Source of the DNA: the human T2T-CHM13v2.0 reference genome, Homo sapiens
Reading direction: 5' to 3' (one strand)
Length of the DNA stretch: 64,000 nucleotides
Assembly: GCF_009914755.1 (NCBI RefSeq)
Contig: NC_060926.1
The notes beneath the pieces are model-generated. The model worked only from the letters and a program-made list of their open reading frames with translations, made no database searches and was not told the origin of the DNA. The position numbers and the translations under genes were made by a program. This document shows, piece by piece, positions 14,660 to 28,838 of the stretch (the stretch's first letter is position 1; each line of letters opens with the position of its first letter).

Positions 14660-15990
14660 ACATGTGCAGAACTGGGATTAGAGAAATTATGAAACTTGGT
14701 GAGCCTATGAGAGAGCTAATGGAGGTGGGCAGAAATAACAAGACAGAGAACTTGATGTGGGGTAAGGCTGGAGGAGTGTGCAAGGGCAAACCTGCAGGAT
14801 CTTGGAGGCCAGGCTCAGGATGTTGACTTTTATCTTAAGAGTGATAAAAGTCCTTGGGATGTATAAACCAAGAGCCTGGGAATAACATGATTGGATTACA
14901 TTTTGAGAAAAATCTCATTGGCTACAGTGTGAATGATTGATTACAGAAGGAAGATAAAAGTGAAAATGAGAGTTAAGGGGTTATTTCATACTCTAAGTGA
15001 GAGATGATGGCAGCCCGGACCAGGGTGGTGCTAGCAATGGTGGTGGAGATGGAGAGAAGTAATCGATTTGAAAGAAATTTAAAAGCTACTATCAACATTA
15101 CTTAATGTCAAATAAAATAGGAGCATGAGAGAGAGGAAGAAACAAGGATAACTTCAGTTAGTGCTACTGATTGGATGGTGATATATGCAGGACTAATGTT
15201 TATATTATTCAGGTTTCAGTTTAAATATTATGTCCTCGGAGAGGCCTTCTCCAACTGTTTGAATTAAAGTATCATCCACCCCTCCATAAGTCTCTAAACC
15301 CTTACCCTGCTTTATTTTTCATCAGAGCACTTATGACTACCTGACAACATATAGGCATGCTGTTACTTACCTGTTGTCTGTTTCACTGACTACAGTGAAG
15401 GCACCACGAGGAGAAAGAATTTATCACTCATATTCATGCTGTATTCTCTACCCTTTAGAACAGTGCCTTGCATATCGTAAGTGGATAATCAATATTTACT
15501 AAAGGAATAAGTGCATGAACATGAAGGCTGTCAGAATATGTACGATAGTTAAGATCGTGGATCTGGGTGAAATCTTTCACAGAGATGAAAGTGAAGAAAC
15601 ACACGTAAGCAATAAACAAAAGAAAAACTCACAGGGACAAAACTGAGATGACAAAGTTAGGGGCATGGAAGAAGGCCCAGCAAAGAGCAGTGCAGCAGAA
15701 ATCCAGAGTTTCAAATATGGAATGACTGTCAATGTCAAATGCAAAATGCTAGAATGGCATTGTAAGAAGAGGACTGAAAAAATGCCATTAGGATTGGCAT
15801 TTAGGAGGTCATTAGTGATGTTGTTGATAAAAGTTTCACTTAAGCATTCAGGACGGAAGTCTGAATAGTAGTTTGGACAGGAAATTGGAGATGAAAAAGG
15901 AAAACAGTATTTGTAGACTATTCTTTCAAGAGGTATGTCTGTGAAAAAATGAAGGGAGACAGGGAACTAGCGAGGAATTAAGGGAGGCAG
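14660..15990 (-). mobile_element. L2 LINE, interrupted by an opposite-strand L2 3' end
   Basis: Antisense L2 phrases on both sides of 15205-15525 (gacttttatcttaagagtgat, gagagatgatggcagcccggaccagggtggt, aggactgaaaaaatgccattaggattggcatttaggaggtcattagtga). Confidence 0.75.
15205..15525 (+). mobile_element. L2a 3' end
   Basis: ctcggagaggccttctcc...ttaccctgctttatttttcatcagagcactta...tagaacagtgccttgcatatcgtaagtg...aatatttac. Confidence 0.8.
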
Positions 15991-16683
15991 GATGTAGAAA
16001 GAAATATTATATAAGGATTGATACAGAATCCAGAAATATTTCTCAATGGTGGTCATGAGAATTTGGTCAAGAACCTAACAAAAAACAAAAAGAAAGCCCA
16101 ACTATTCCTAGCTAGGGAAGTGGTGGGGAGGGAACAGCAAGGGGAGGAAAGGGGAAATAGAAAGCCCTAGCATATGAGCTAAGCTACAGTGAACTGGTAT
16201 AAACAACAAGGTCAAGGTAAATGCAACCTCTGGCAGACCTTCCAATAAGAAGGGTCAGTAAAATTGTTTATTCCTGTAGGCTAACATAAAGAACAAGTTT
16301 TAGACTACTTAAGGCTGTATAAAAGGATCCTGTCTCAAAACCAGACTTTGAAATAGTTTTCTTAATAGTTCCAAGTAATTTGTCATGCCTAGCTCAAGTG
16401 CTGGGCAAATAGCAGGTACTCGAAAGTATTAGATACTGGAAATATCAAGTTATCAGGAGTAAACTTCTATTAAACTTGGCTTGTTTCGTCTTATCATCAC
16501 CATCACATTTCACTGCGAGTAGAAATTTTAGAAAATCTCTTTTTCATTTGTAATTATTTTGAAGTGACATTCCTTCCAAGAAATAGCTTTCCTCCTATAT
16601 ATCCAGCACTCATACACTGCACCTGATTTGAAGATGAACAAATATATTTCTGCTTAAGAATTTTTGATTTCTGTCTCAGATAA

Positions 16684-16998
<315 letters not shown>

Positions 16999-18162
16999 AA
17001 TAAACTCTATTTCTAAATGCACCCTATTTCTTACCATTTTCTTCAAAATCACTATGTATACTCTTTCAGTTATTACCCCATATGTCCTTTAATGGATGAA
17101 TTAAATATTGATACACTAAAAAAAATTAAAATAGCTCTGTTACCAACTATCTCAACCTCTATCAAATTATCTATATTGATATTGGCCAAAATAATATTGA
17201 TATATAAATATTACCAGATAATTTCTTTGAAAATCTTCTTCAGGTCTATACATTTCATAGTATAGAACCTTAATTACATTTCAAAGACACCACACTAGTT
17301 AGGCACTTCACTGGGTTTTACCTGAAATATCAGTGTCATGTTAAATAATTGATTCTAATAATAGTTTATTATTGAATATCAAACAATTGAAATCAACATA
17401 AAATTTGTGCAGTAAAGTATGTGTGATTCCATCTCAACAAAACGATAAATAATTAGTCTCTCAGAGTGTTTTAATATAGTTAGAAAGAAGCCATTGAAAA
17501 CTGAATTATAGGACTTTTTCCTTCCTTTTTAGTATATTGAACTCACACAAGTCACCTTTAATTTCTTTTCTCTACTACCAGATTGCAAGGAGAAAATTCG
17601 AAGCCTAGCTTCTCAAGGATTTGCTGTTTCTTTATTAATTGTTATATGTGCGTTTCATTCAAAGTACTAGGTAATGCTTTCAGCAATGAAATGGTAACAC
17701 CTCAAGAAAAGGGTAAATTAACATCTGATTAAATAAAATTCATATGCTCTCATTTAGTAAGAGTGCAATTAAATTCATGTCTTTAAAGTTTAAGTTATCT
17801 CAAGTCTTAAGCTCATTTTAAAAGTATAATAAAAATACTAAAATAGTAGATATTACTCAGGGTCACTACGTAACACAACTCCACAGAGCATTATTTACAC
17901 AAAAATTTTGGTTTATTTAATTTCATCATGCTTAAAACCCCGCTTTAAATTTTTTTGATGTTCCTCTTTTTATACTGTAGTACTATTTAATATCTTCACT
18001 AATGAATTATCATTTTAAAAAGAGGAAGAGAGAAAGGAAAATGAAACAGCACATAACATGTACAATGTGCTTTTGACTACATGCACTAGACATATTTTCA
18101 AATGAAAATCTCTAATGTTTTCTTAAATCCATTTCATAGCATTAGAGTGCTTTGGATCGTAA

Positions 18163-18297
18163 CTCCATAGACATGTGTTATAAATCAATACTATTATCTC
18201 ATTCACAAGTCTGTAGCAGACAGGCAGACGTGGATCCCAGGATAATAGACGTATTTGGTGTTAGATCAGGCTGACATTAAAAAACGTGTCTATGGAA
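18163..18297. repeat. Imperfect ~135-bp palindrome, possibly an ancient MITE-like element
   Basis: Three co-linear blocks of the left arm match the reverse complement of the right arm (tccatagacaYgt; aata..ctattatc; atYcac..gtctg). Confidence 0.65.
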
Positions 18298-19941
18298 TCT
18301 AAACAATAGATTCACTTGCTGTTTTGTAGAAAGTTGTTTGTTTTAACATACTTATACCTCTCATTTCACAAAATGCACTAGCACTGCTTCAGAAACCTGT
18401 CTAGGAAAAAATACTAAGCTACTAAAATTTAATAGTAGTTTTAGGAATAGTAAAAATACAGAAACTGTATATATTGTCATAAATGGAGAAAGTCCAATGT
18501 TCAATCAACTACATAAATCTAATTTTCATGAGAGTACAAAGGTATCCAAATGTCTCTGGAAAAAAATTGCAAATAAATCCCCAGATACGTAGCTATAATT
18601 GTACTGTATAGATTCCCTATGCTCCACAACTAGTAAGATACATTCTATCAGTTTTTTCTTATGAAGCTAACGTTGTGATTAACATTAGAATAAGTCAAGC
18701 CCTTTTCTTTTGCACCAATCTAATATTTGTATTAAAATTATGTATTGACTAAATATGTGGAATATCTTCCATTAAGAATATTTGTAACCTGAGAACACTT
18801 TGGTAGAGAATATAAATTATAACCTATTAATCCTTAAGAGTTTATAAATAAAAGCTTAGAGGCATCAATCAGTAGGATGTTGTTGTTATATTTAAGACAT
18901 CACAAAATTGAAAATAAATTCAGTTTAGTCTAAATCCATGTATTCTCTGACTCTATGCTTTACACTTCTTAGATAACATTTTGAATGCAGCATTAAGAAA
19001 ATCAGGCACCCAATTGCACTGATGCTAGAGACCCTCAAACATTAAGACTGCTAGAGCAAATGCATTTCTCTCTCTCTCTCTCTTTAAAGTAATTTAGGGG
19101 TTTTTAAGGTGATGTGAGTTAATGAAGGAAACCAGAATTTTAAAGAGTACAAGTGACAAGAAAAAGTAACAGAAGATGTCAGTCAGGGGGTTATTGGTTT
19201 AATTTTTAACTTTACATCTCCTATTCCCTGTTTTAATTGGGATGATTGTAATTGATGTTATTTAGTGTCTGGAAAGAGAGAACCATGAGAGCTCCATTAG
19301 CCTTCTTGGGATAACAAGCAAAGGTAATAACTTTTCCTATTAAGCAAACAAAGACTGTGGCCAACTCTCATTTGGCTTGTCAGTGCCTCCCCGCCAGGAC
19401 GGTTCTGCCTCCTCACTTGTGTAAGGAGCCGGCTGGCTGGCCGGCACACAGGATGTGCTGTCAATATTGCCTGGCGAGTTTTAAAATCATTTTCCAAATG
19501 AAACCCTTTAAAAATTCTATGAACCATTCTTTTGCTGAATGTATCAGTCTTTTGCTACTTACAACAAAGAATGTGCTTTATCTTCAACGGTGCTTCTCTG
19601 TCTTTAGTGTCCGTTTTATTTCTGTCCCCAATAAAATTCATTAGCACAGTAGAACAGAAATTACTCTGTTTTAATATGATCATCTATTTCAATAGAAAAT
19701 GCTCTTACACACAGATGGCTTACATTTTTTGAGTGTGTGAAACACAAAATTTAGCATTGCATAATCTACTAACTGCAAGTCTCTGATGGACTTATAATTA
19801 TGATTTCCTACTAGCTGATTTGAGAAGTTATTTCTGTAGGGAGTTCAGTGGACTTCTTATTTGGATGTCATAAATACTTAAATATTCATTTTCCATGAGT
19901 TGCCAGGGACAATGGGTTCCCAGCAGTGCTAAACAGCTCTC

Positions 19942-19960
19942 TGAACAGTAGGTGGCAGCA
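19942..19960 (+). promoter_or_regulatory. Candidate CTCF core motif
   Basis: TGAACAGTAGGTGGCAGCA versus the CTCF core CCASYAGRKGGCRS; one mismatch at the first C. Confidence 0.5.
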
Positions 19961-20350
19961 CTGTTCAGCTGCCTTTTGTTTGGTTTTATTTTGCCAATTG
20001 AAATCAGTTCCTTCACCATTAGAACAAGGGGAAAAAAGGGAAAAGCTTCAAATGTCTATATGCTTACATATAAAACCCACATAAATCTCTCATAATTTGG
20101 GAGTGCAAATTAAAATGATTACTTAAGAATCAAAATGACAAAACAGTTCATATTATGTTTTCTCCCTTAGCTTGTTCTATGTGATTGCTTACTTTTAATT
20201 TTGCCTGTTTTTCACTATTTGAAGGAAAAAATTACAAACATAAAATATGTCCACAAGTGAAGTACTCTGCACTTAAGTACTTCTACATCCATAGTTGCTG
20301 CCAGTTTCAAGAGAGAGCTTCTTCGTGTCCTCTCAAATGCTCCACAATTT

Positions 20351-20421
20351 ATACCTAATTTTATCAGTTCCAGGAGTAATAAATTGATACCTAATTTTAT
20401 CAGTCCCAGGAGTAATAAATT
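20351..20421 (+). repeat. 36-bp tandem duplication (2 copies, 1 mismatch)
   Basis: atacctaattttatcagtYccaggagtaataaatt x2. Confidence 0.95.
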
Positions 20422-21143
20422 TTCCTCTTTCTAAAGAGTAGCCAGAAGTCTCAGCCAGTTCACAGCGTAAAGTTTCCACTTCTTGAAGATTCAGGCATTA
20501 AGTATGTGATAATTTGGTCATTTTACTTAGTATCACATACTGACATACATATACAGGGTTTTGCATGTGCACCCGAACATACAAACTTATTGTGTATTGA
20601 CTGATGAGGAGCCTGAGTGTGTGAAGCCACCTATGATAATGAGGAATTTGAAGTCTGTTTTATTCAAGTCTACTGTTTTTTCATTTGTTAACTAAGTGAT
20701 CCCGATAACTACCTCACAGATTTGAAGTGAGAAATGAATGGGGCACAGTATATAAGGCATTCTGTAAAAGCAATAATCCCGTTGTTTTATTATTCTATGT
20801 CTGTGTTTTTGCTAGACAGTACAATGTAAGGACAAACAATGTAAGGATATAATATACAATCTTATATCCCCAGCACTTGGCACAGTATCATGCAAACTTT
20901 AGGCACTCAGATATACTTCTGAATCAATGAATAATTGCAAATTTTCGAAACATAATGAGTTTATAATATAAATCAAGCTGGTTAATTTATTGAAGTAAAT
21001 CCAAATACCCACTCATTTATTCAACATTCAAAGAGGTCCTCATTACTCTGAGCTCAAATTCTAGCAGATGAGGTGGATGTATTAAATATATATACATATA
21101 TACGTATGCAAAATTTATATAAATATATGCCAGTGCTTTAGTC

Positions 21144-21464
21144 CAGTGGTTCCCAACATTTTAGGATCCAGGGACTGGTTCGTGGAAGACAATTTTTCCA
21201 TGGATGTGGGAGGAGGGGAGAGGGATAGTTTTGGGAAAAAACTGTCCCAACTCAGGTCATCAGATATTAGATTCTCACAAGCAGTGCACAACTTAGATCC
21301 CTCGCATGCACAGTTCACAATAGGGATCCCACTCCTATGAGAATCTAATGCTGCTGCTGATCTGACAGGAGGTGGAGCGCAGGCAGTAATGCTCACTTGC
21401 AGCCCCCTTCACCTTCTGCTCTGCGGCCTGTATGGCTCTGTGGTCCTGGGGTTGGGGACCCCTG
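21144..21464 (-). mobile_element. MER1B with intact 8-bp TSD
   Basis: Inverted homologue of 1-331. TSD CTTTAGTC at 21136-21143 and 21465-21472 (8-bp TSD is typical of hAT). Confidence 0.92.
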
Positions 21465-22479
21465 CTTTAGTCTATATGTGAAACATTGACATAAACTCAT
21501 AAAAGTGACAATTTATATATGATACTTTGTTATTTATGAAGCACTTATAAATATACAAATTATCCCATTTAATCTTTTTAACAACTATTCAGTTAGAAAT
21601 ATTTAATACTGAGCAACCTGAGACTTAAGAGTTTAAGATTCTTAATTAAGATGGACTCGCTCTAAATCATCACCTCTTCACACTATACCATGTGAAAAGA
21701 ACCCACAGGAGTAATCAGTTCTTGTGATGCACGGCCAATACATTATGGTTACATTAAGCCTGTACAGTATTCCTAGATTAAATGGTTTGAAATTATCTAT
21801 TTAAAAATAATTACTTCTTTATAGATGTTAGTTTCCCCTTCAGTGTAATAGATATATTTATGCTCTATAAACTAAATTCCTCTACTCATCTATCTTGCAT
21901 TGTACATTTGATGAAGTATCATATGTGTTAGTCATTGTAGTGACAGGCAGAAAGAAGCAATCATGTTTATTATCATTCCAAGACTCTCATTGAGGAATAG
22001 CACAAAAGCTCCAACTGCCACTTATCCTAGAGAGGTAGCAATATGTAAACATCGAACACTCAAGGTTAGAGCTGAGCCTTGAATATGAGCTGGTAGGGCT
22101 GAGGCCTTCACTTGAGTCAACAACTGCACTTGAATTTTGCACAGGGAGATGAGGGTCGTGGAGGAAGAACTCTTACATCATGCATGCCTAACCCACAAGG
22201 TTAAGGATAAACTGACAAGGAAAGTGATGTGGATTCTTCCTGCTTGTAATCCTCAACTATAAAGGCATTGCAAGAGTTAGATACATTCAAGGATGATGGG
22301 ATTGTTATGATTTGGATTTTTATCCTAACTTTCTTCTATTGAGACTATTTCAACTATTACCACAGCCTTTCATGCAACTGCTAGAGACCAAACCACAGGT
22401 TAGAGGAACCGCTGGTCCACTGTGGGTATCACGTTAACTCACAAAATTGCATACCATTCATGTGCTACTTCAGATCCTT

Positions 22480-23290
<811 letters not shown>

Positions 23291-23963
23291 CACACTACTA
23301 ACACAAATAGAAAATCCACATCAAATACACAATGAAATCCTTCAGCCATCACCAATACTTCCTGAATCTCCTGCAAACACTGAAATGAGCAAAGTCATAG
23401 TTTTCTGCAGCTCTTTAAGAAAGGTGTAAAAAAATGGTATTGATTCAACCAAATGCTCTGAAATAGAAAGCTTCCTCTTTTTGTTTTCCCAACATATTAT
23501 AAAATGATTAAAATTATAATTTTATGGATTTAATTCAGAATTTTATTTCACTTATCATAAGCTTGTCTCATAAAAGCAAAAACTATAGAGAAAAACCTAA
23601 ATCATAATATCTCCCCAATACAATACTTTTCTGTGTTTGAAGTTTCACATCACCTCAAATAATTGACTGATTATATAGCATGCATATGCTAAGTCAGCAT
23701 ATGTCAGTGTTCAGAAAATGTTGAAATGAGATTATTTATGTAATTTATAATCAATCTTGTTCCAAAAAAAGATTTAGGACCAACAACTAGAAAAATGCAA
23801 TGTGGTCAACCAACTACTTCTATGGGGACACTTTCTCTATTTGAACGCCTCATGTTTCTTTCATATTTTTTCTATCAAAAGTGGTAATCCCACAACTCTC
23901 CTTCTCAGAAAATGGATCAAAACCAAAAGTGAAATAATCCAGGCACATTTGTCCCTAGGGAGG

Positions 23964-24322
23964 TGATACGGTTTAGCTGTGTCCTCACCCAAATGTCATC
24001 TTGAATTGTAGCTCCCATAATTCCCATGTCTTGTGGGAAGGACCTGGTGGAAGATAACTGAACCATGGGGGAGGTTTCCCCCATATTGCTCACATGGTAG
24101 TGAATAAATCTCACGAGGTCTGATGGTTTTACAAGGGGTTTCAGCTTTCACTTGGCTCTCATTCTCTCTTTGCCTGCTGCCATGTAAGATGTGCCTTTTG
24201 CCTTCTGCATGATATGAGGCCTCCCCAGCCATGTGAAACTGTGAATCCATTAAACCTCTTTTTCTTTATAAATTACCCAGCCTTGGGTAACTTTATCAGG
24301 AGCATGAAAATGGACTAATACA
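23964..24322 (+). mobile_element. THE1 (B/C) MaLR solo LTR
   Basis: TGATAcGGTTT...ATTAAACCTCTTT...GGACTAATACA; 5-bp TSD GGAGG on both sides. Confidence 0.95.
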
Positions 24323-26386
24323 GGAGGGAAAGAAGTCATAACATTTAGTTTATCTCGTTGTTTATATCTATAAAATGAACATTGGTTTGAATCATAATGA
24401 GAATAATAAATATATACACACATCGTGCACTCTTGGTATATGGTTAGTCAACATCAAGTAATTAAGCTTAGAGGAGAGTAGCAAAGAAAATAAAAAATTT
24501 AATTAGGGCCATAGTGAGAGGCTAAAAATCAGATAATATTAACATTTTCCCTTTATTCAGAAGTCCTTTAGTTTCTGAAATCTCCATAATAACCACCTTT
24601 TTCATGACCTCCTTACCCAATTCCAGGTCAGACTTTCAGGAATGCTTTAAAAAGTCAACATTATTACTATAAATAATTACTTTGCAAAATTTAAAATTAT
24701 TATTACCAGTAAAAATGAATATTATATATCTCACTGCCTTCTTCGTCTGTATGTCTTTTAAGTCAAATGCTTTTTTTTATGATTGAAAATGATCTTCTAA
24801 TTTCTACTGAACTGTAATCACCTTGAAAGTGCGAACAGATTTATCTTTGTAAAACTTCAGTATTACACATGAAGCCTTGCATGTAAGAGGTCAGTAAATA
24901 TTTCCTGGATAAATGAATACATTTTTTGTTGAACCTTAACCAGCCTCTGCATTACTAGAGCATTAATTTCTTAGAGTGGGTTAATAACCATAATTAATTC
25001 AAAGTTGAACAACTGGGGGTAGATGGTGGAAGTTGAAACATAATCACTGTTTTAAAACCAGGTTAATGCAGTTTCCAAATCAACATAATTTGCCAGTAGA
25101 AACATCATCCTGGAAGAAATTGACAAAACAAATTCTAATCACGAGCTTGTGTTTTGTATTACAGACAGTTTTTGTATATTTCAACTTGCCATGTTGAAGA
25201 ATACAGCCAGGGTGGCTTCCTATGTAATTGATACAATTCAGTAAAATATTTCTGCTGTTTTAAAAACATTTTCCTGCATTAAAAAAAAATCAATGTTTAT
25301 TAAATCCTTTCAAATGTTTAAAATAAGATTTTATAGCTAGAACAGATCTTGTCTAGTCTGGTCTGAACTTGGAGAAGGTAAAACTTTTAAAAACCAAAGG
25401 TAACATTGTTTCTTAATTTATGTTACTGTAGCTTTGTACTGTCTTCCTTAGCCAGGTATATTGCTCTTCTCTTTGGTATTTCCTTTGTTATTTCTTTCAT
25501 TTTAGGAACTGAAAAATGAAGTACAGCAATGCTTCAACCTGGTATTACAGTTTATATTAGACAGCTAGCACTCATTTTTCTCCTTTTGTAACTCCTAGAG
25601 ATTGGGGGAAAAAAAAAAAATCCCTGCTTTTGATTAAATCATCTTTATTCAAAGTTAGCTTAAAAAGTAAATGAAAATTCATCTGTGTCATTGGAAGAGA
25701 TGAAAACTTCATTACTGTATATTTTTTAAATTATTGTAAGATAAAACAAATGACTCACTTGGTTCTTTAAAAATGCCAAAAAATAAGGAGAAATGTTTGC
25801 TTTTACTAGTAGATATTTATATTATTATCAATACTAATGAGATGAAAGAAATCGGAGCTGATTTCAAGGTAGAAGAAAATAATATGGAAGAAAAATAAAA
25901 ATGGACTGCAAAGTGTTTTTTGTTTGTTCTGTTTCCTTTCTAAGAAGTAGAGATCTGGGGAAAACAAGGGATGTCAGAGGATCTGTGGTGGTAGTTTCCT
26001 CTTCCTTTTTTGTAGTATGCAGAAGGGTTGTTCCTTTTGCATACTATCTCATCTTCTCAATATCTGGCCTCTAAGAAAATATTTTTTCTAACTACTGTAA
26101 ATTGAGGATAAAGACACATATATTGTGTTTATGGTTAGGCAGGGGAAAGAGGGGCCACAAGAAAGAAACATAGACACTAAGCATATGCATCCACAGAAGG
26201 AGAGAGAGATACACACTACGAAATGTAGGCCGGCATGCTGAACCATTGAGAAAACAACTGAGCAGAGGTTATCTAGAAGAGTTTATTAAAAACAAAAAGA
26301 TTAATTAAATGGAGAGTCTTGAAGATAAGGAAAAGCAAAATGGTAACCTCTTTCTAAAGTACTCTGGGCCAACCATTTTAACAGTG

Positions 26387-26908
26387 TGTATTAGTTCCTA
26401 CACTGCTATTTAAAAAAAAAAACAATAAAACAACAACAACAAAAAACTCTGACTGGATAATTACGTCGGTGCAAAAGCAACTCTGGTTTTGCCATTTTAT
26501 GGCAATTAAAATGCTCCGGTAATGGCAATAAAATGGCAAAACTGTGATTACTATTGCACTGACTCAATATAAAGAAAAGAGGTTTAATTGACTCATGGTT
26601 TTGCAGGCTCTACAGGAAGCATGATGCTGGCATCTGCTTGGCTTCTCGGGGAGATCTCAGAAAACTTACAATTATGGCGGAAGGCAAAGTGGGAGCTGGC
26701 ACTTTACATGGCCAGAGCAGGAGAAAGAGGGGCAGGGGTGCTACACACTTTTAAACAATCAGATCTCATAACTCACACACTATCATGAGCAGCACTGAGG
26801 GATACCTGCCCCCATGATCCAATCACTTCCCACCAGGCCCCACTTCCAACATTGGGGATTACAATTCGACATAAGATCTGGGCTGGGACAGAGATCCAAA
26901 CCATATCG
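26387..26908 (-). mobile_element. MSTA MaLR solo LTR (interrupted by MADE1)
   Basis: tgtattagt...aaagaaaagaggtttaattgactca...atccaaaccatatc; TSD cagtg/gagtg. Confidence 0.92.
26461..26567. mobile_element. MADE1 (Hsmar1-derived MITE) with enlarged centre
   Basis: ttacgtcggtgcaaaagcaa...ttttgccatt...aatggcaaaactgtgattactattgcactgactcaa matches the MADE1 TIRs; followed by TA. Confidence 0.88.
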
Positions 26909-28309
26909 GAGTGATTGTATGTTATTTTTTAACTTTCTAATGGAAATACAAGTGAAAGTATAAATAGTCTCAAGGCCAGTTTCAATAAGTGAGCGAGAGT
27001 TACCTGTGACAATGAATCAGAAATTTGACCAAATAGCAACTCGCAGAAAGACAAGTTTCATGTGGTCCAGAAGGTGAAGGAAGAAAAGGGTTTTTTAAGG
27101 AAATGATTTGTACCCCAAGACTCAAAAGAGACTGTTCATTGTTTAAGCGAACTTGTTCCAGTTCTTACTTTATAATGGGCTGTTACACTTCTTAGGATTC
27201 CTAGAAAAATTACCATTCCCAAATGCTAACTGCAATTCCATTTTCTAAAAGTCAGTATTTTGCAACAAACTATTTAAGTGAAAAAAATATTGTCAGCTCT
27301 CTACATGTTTTATTTTAGCCTATATTTAAATAGTTCATATTGAATCTGAAATTATACTAGAGTTCAAAATCAATGTTTTTGTTTCTCTTCAATCCAACCT
27401 CAAGCTATACTTTATAGTTTCTCTTTTTCACTCAACAAGAAAAAGTAACACATCTAAGACCACAACAAAAATAAATCTGATAGAAAGCAGTTTGTTGCTC
27501 TTTAGGAATAAACTCACCACAAATATTCCACTGCTGTATTGTAGTCCATAGTTAGAATGAGTAAATTAGAAATAATTTACCCACCCTAAAATTATCCCAG
27601 AAAAAAGAAATTCCTAGGGACTTAGAAACTCAGGTGGAAGATGCTCTTTAGTTACATGCTGTGATGCCCTTGCTTAATAATAATTCTGTGACTGAAAAAG
27701 AAGTTAGGAATCTAGTGTAATCTCTGTAATCAGTGATTCTCCTTCAATTACAAAAAGCGGAGCTATAGTTTTTAGTTTCAAGGATTCGTGGCTCAAATTC
27801 CAGCAGGGTTTGTTCATGTACAAATTGCAAAGCTACTCACTTGATTAAGAAGGCTAATTTAATATTGCTATGTGGATTGCACACTCACACCTCAGTGATT
27901 TTACTAATACTACTTCTTCCTGGGTTCCTATGGGGAATTTTGAAGGTGCTAGATCAGCGTTGGTTTGCAGAAGCATGCAGTCTGCTGTAGCTTCATTAAC
28001 CTAACTGGAAGTGGGCCTCATTTAGCATTACCCAGATGGTAAAATTGGGGCTGATTATCTGCTCTTTGGAAGCTGAAATGTGCTAATAGGTCAGGCGGTA
28101 CTTCACAAAGTTTAGTGGACATAGGAAGCAGCTGGGAGCAATTTAAAATGCAGATTACATAATCCCACTTCCAAAGATTCTCACTCTCAGATCTGGGTAA
28201 AATTCAGCATTTTAAAACAAGTATCCTCCTCCCCTCTACAGCAGGCCTTTCCAGGAAGTTGAAGAGTAGGTTGGATGGTCGCTCTATCAAATGGTGGTTT
28301 CCAGACATT

Positions 28310-28838
28310 GCTTCATTCAAAACAAAAGTCTAAGTCTTTTCAATGACATTCAGGACCCTAAATGATCTAGTCCCCATTACCTCTCTAATCTCATCTCCCT
28401 CCCCATCACTCACGTTGCTGTAGCCACACAGGCCTCCTTACTGTGCCTCAAACATTATCAAGACTGCTTCAACCCCAGAGATTTTGCATTTGTTCTTCCT
28501 TCTGTTTATAGTGTTGTTTCCCCAAATATCTGCATGTCAATCTTGCTTTTTTCCTTTAAGTCTTATCTCACATGTCACTTTCTCCATGAAAACTACCCTG
28601 CCCACCTAATCTAAAGTTGCAACCACTCTGTATTTCTTCTCCCTTTCTTTGATTTAATTTCCACCTGGGCATTTATCTTGTTATTTTGTGATTTCTCTAA
28701 TAGAAGATAAGCTCAACAATAGCAGAATTTGGTTTTTGTCTGTTTTGTTCACTTCTATAAGCCCAGCACCCAAGACAGTGCCTAGAACATACATAATAGG
28801 CACTCGCCAAATATTTATTGGGCATATGAATTAATGAT
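28310..28838 (+). mobile_element. L2a 3' region
   Basis: aaaagtctaagtctttt...tagccacacaggcctcctt...gttcacttctataagcccagcacccaagacagtgcctagaac...aaatatttattg. Confidence 0.85.

Noticed and set aside
19392-19476. tRNA-like cloverleaf
   Set aside because: No A/B-box or T-loop (GTTCRA) consensus and wrong arm geometry; kept only as a generic structure/enhancer candidate.
20351-20421. 36-bp repeats as a CRISPR-like array
   Set aside because: Two adjacent copies with no spacer in eukaryotic DNA; a simple slippage duplication like 1486-1525, 48781-48922 and 54959-55006.
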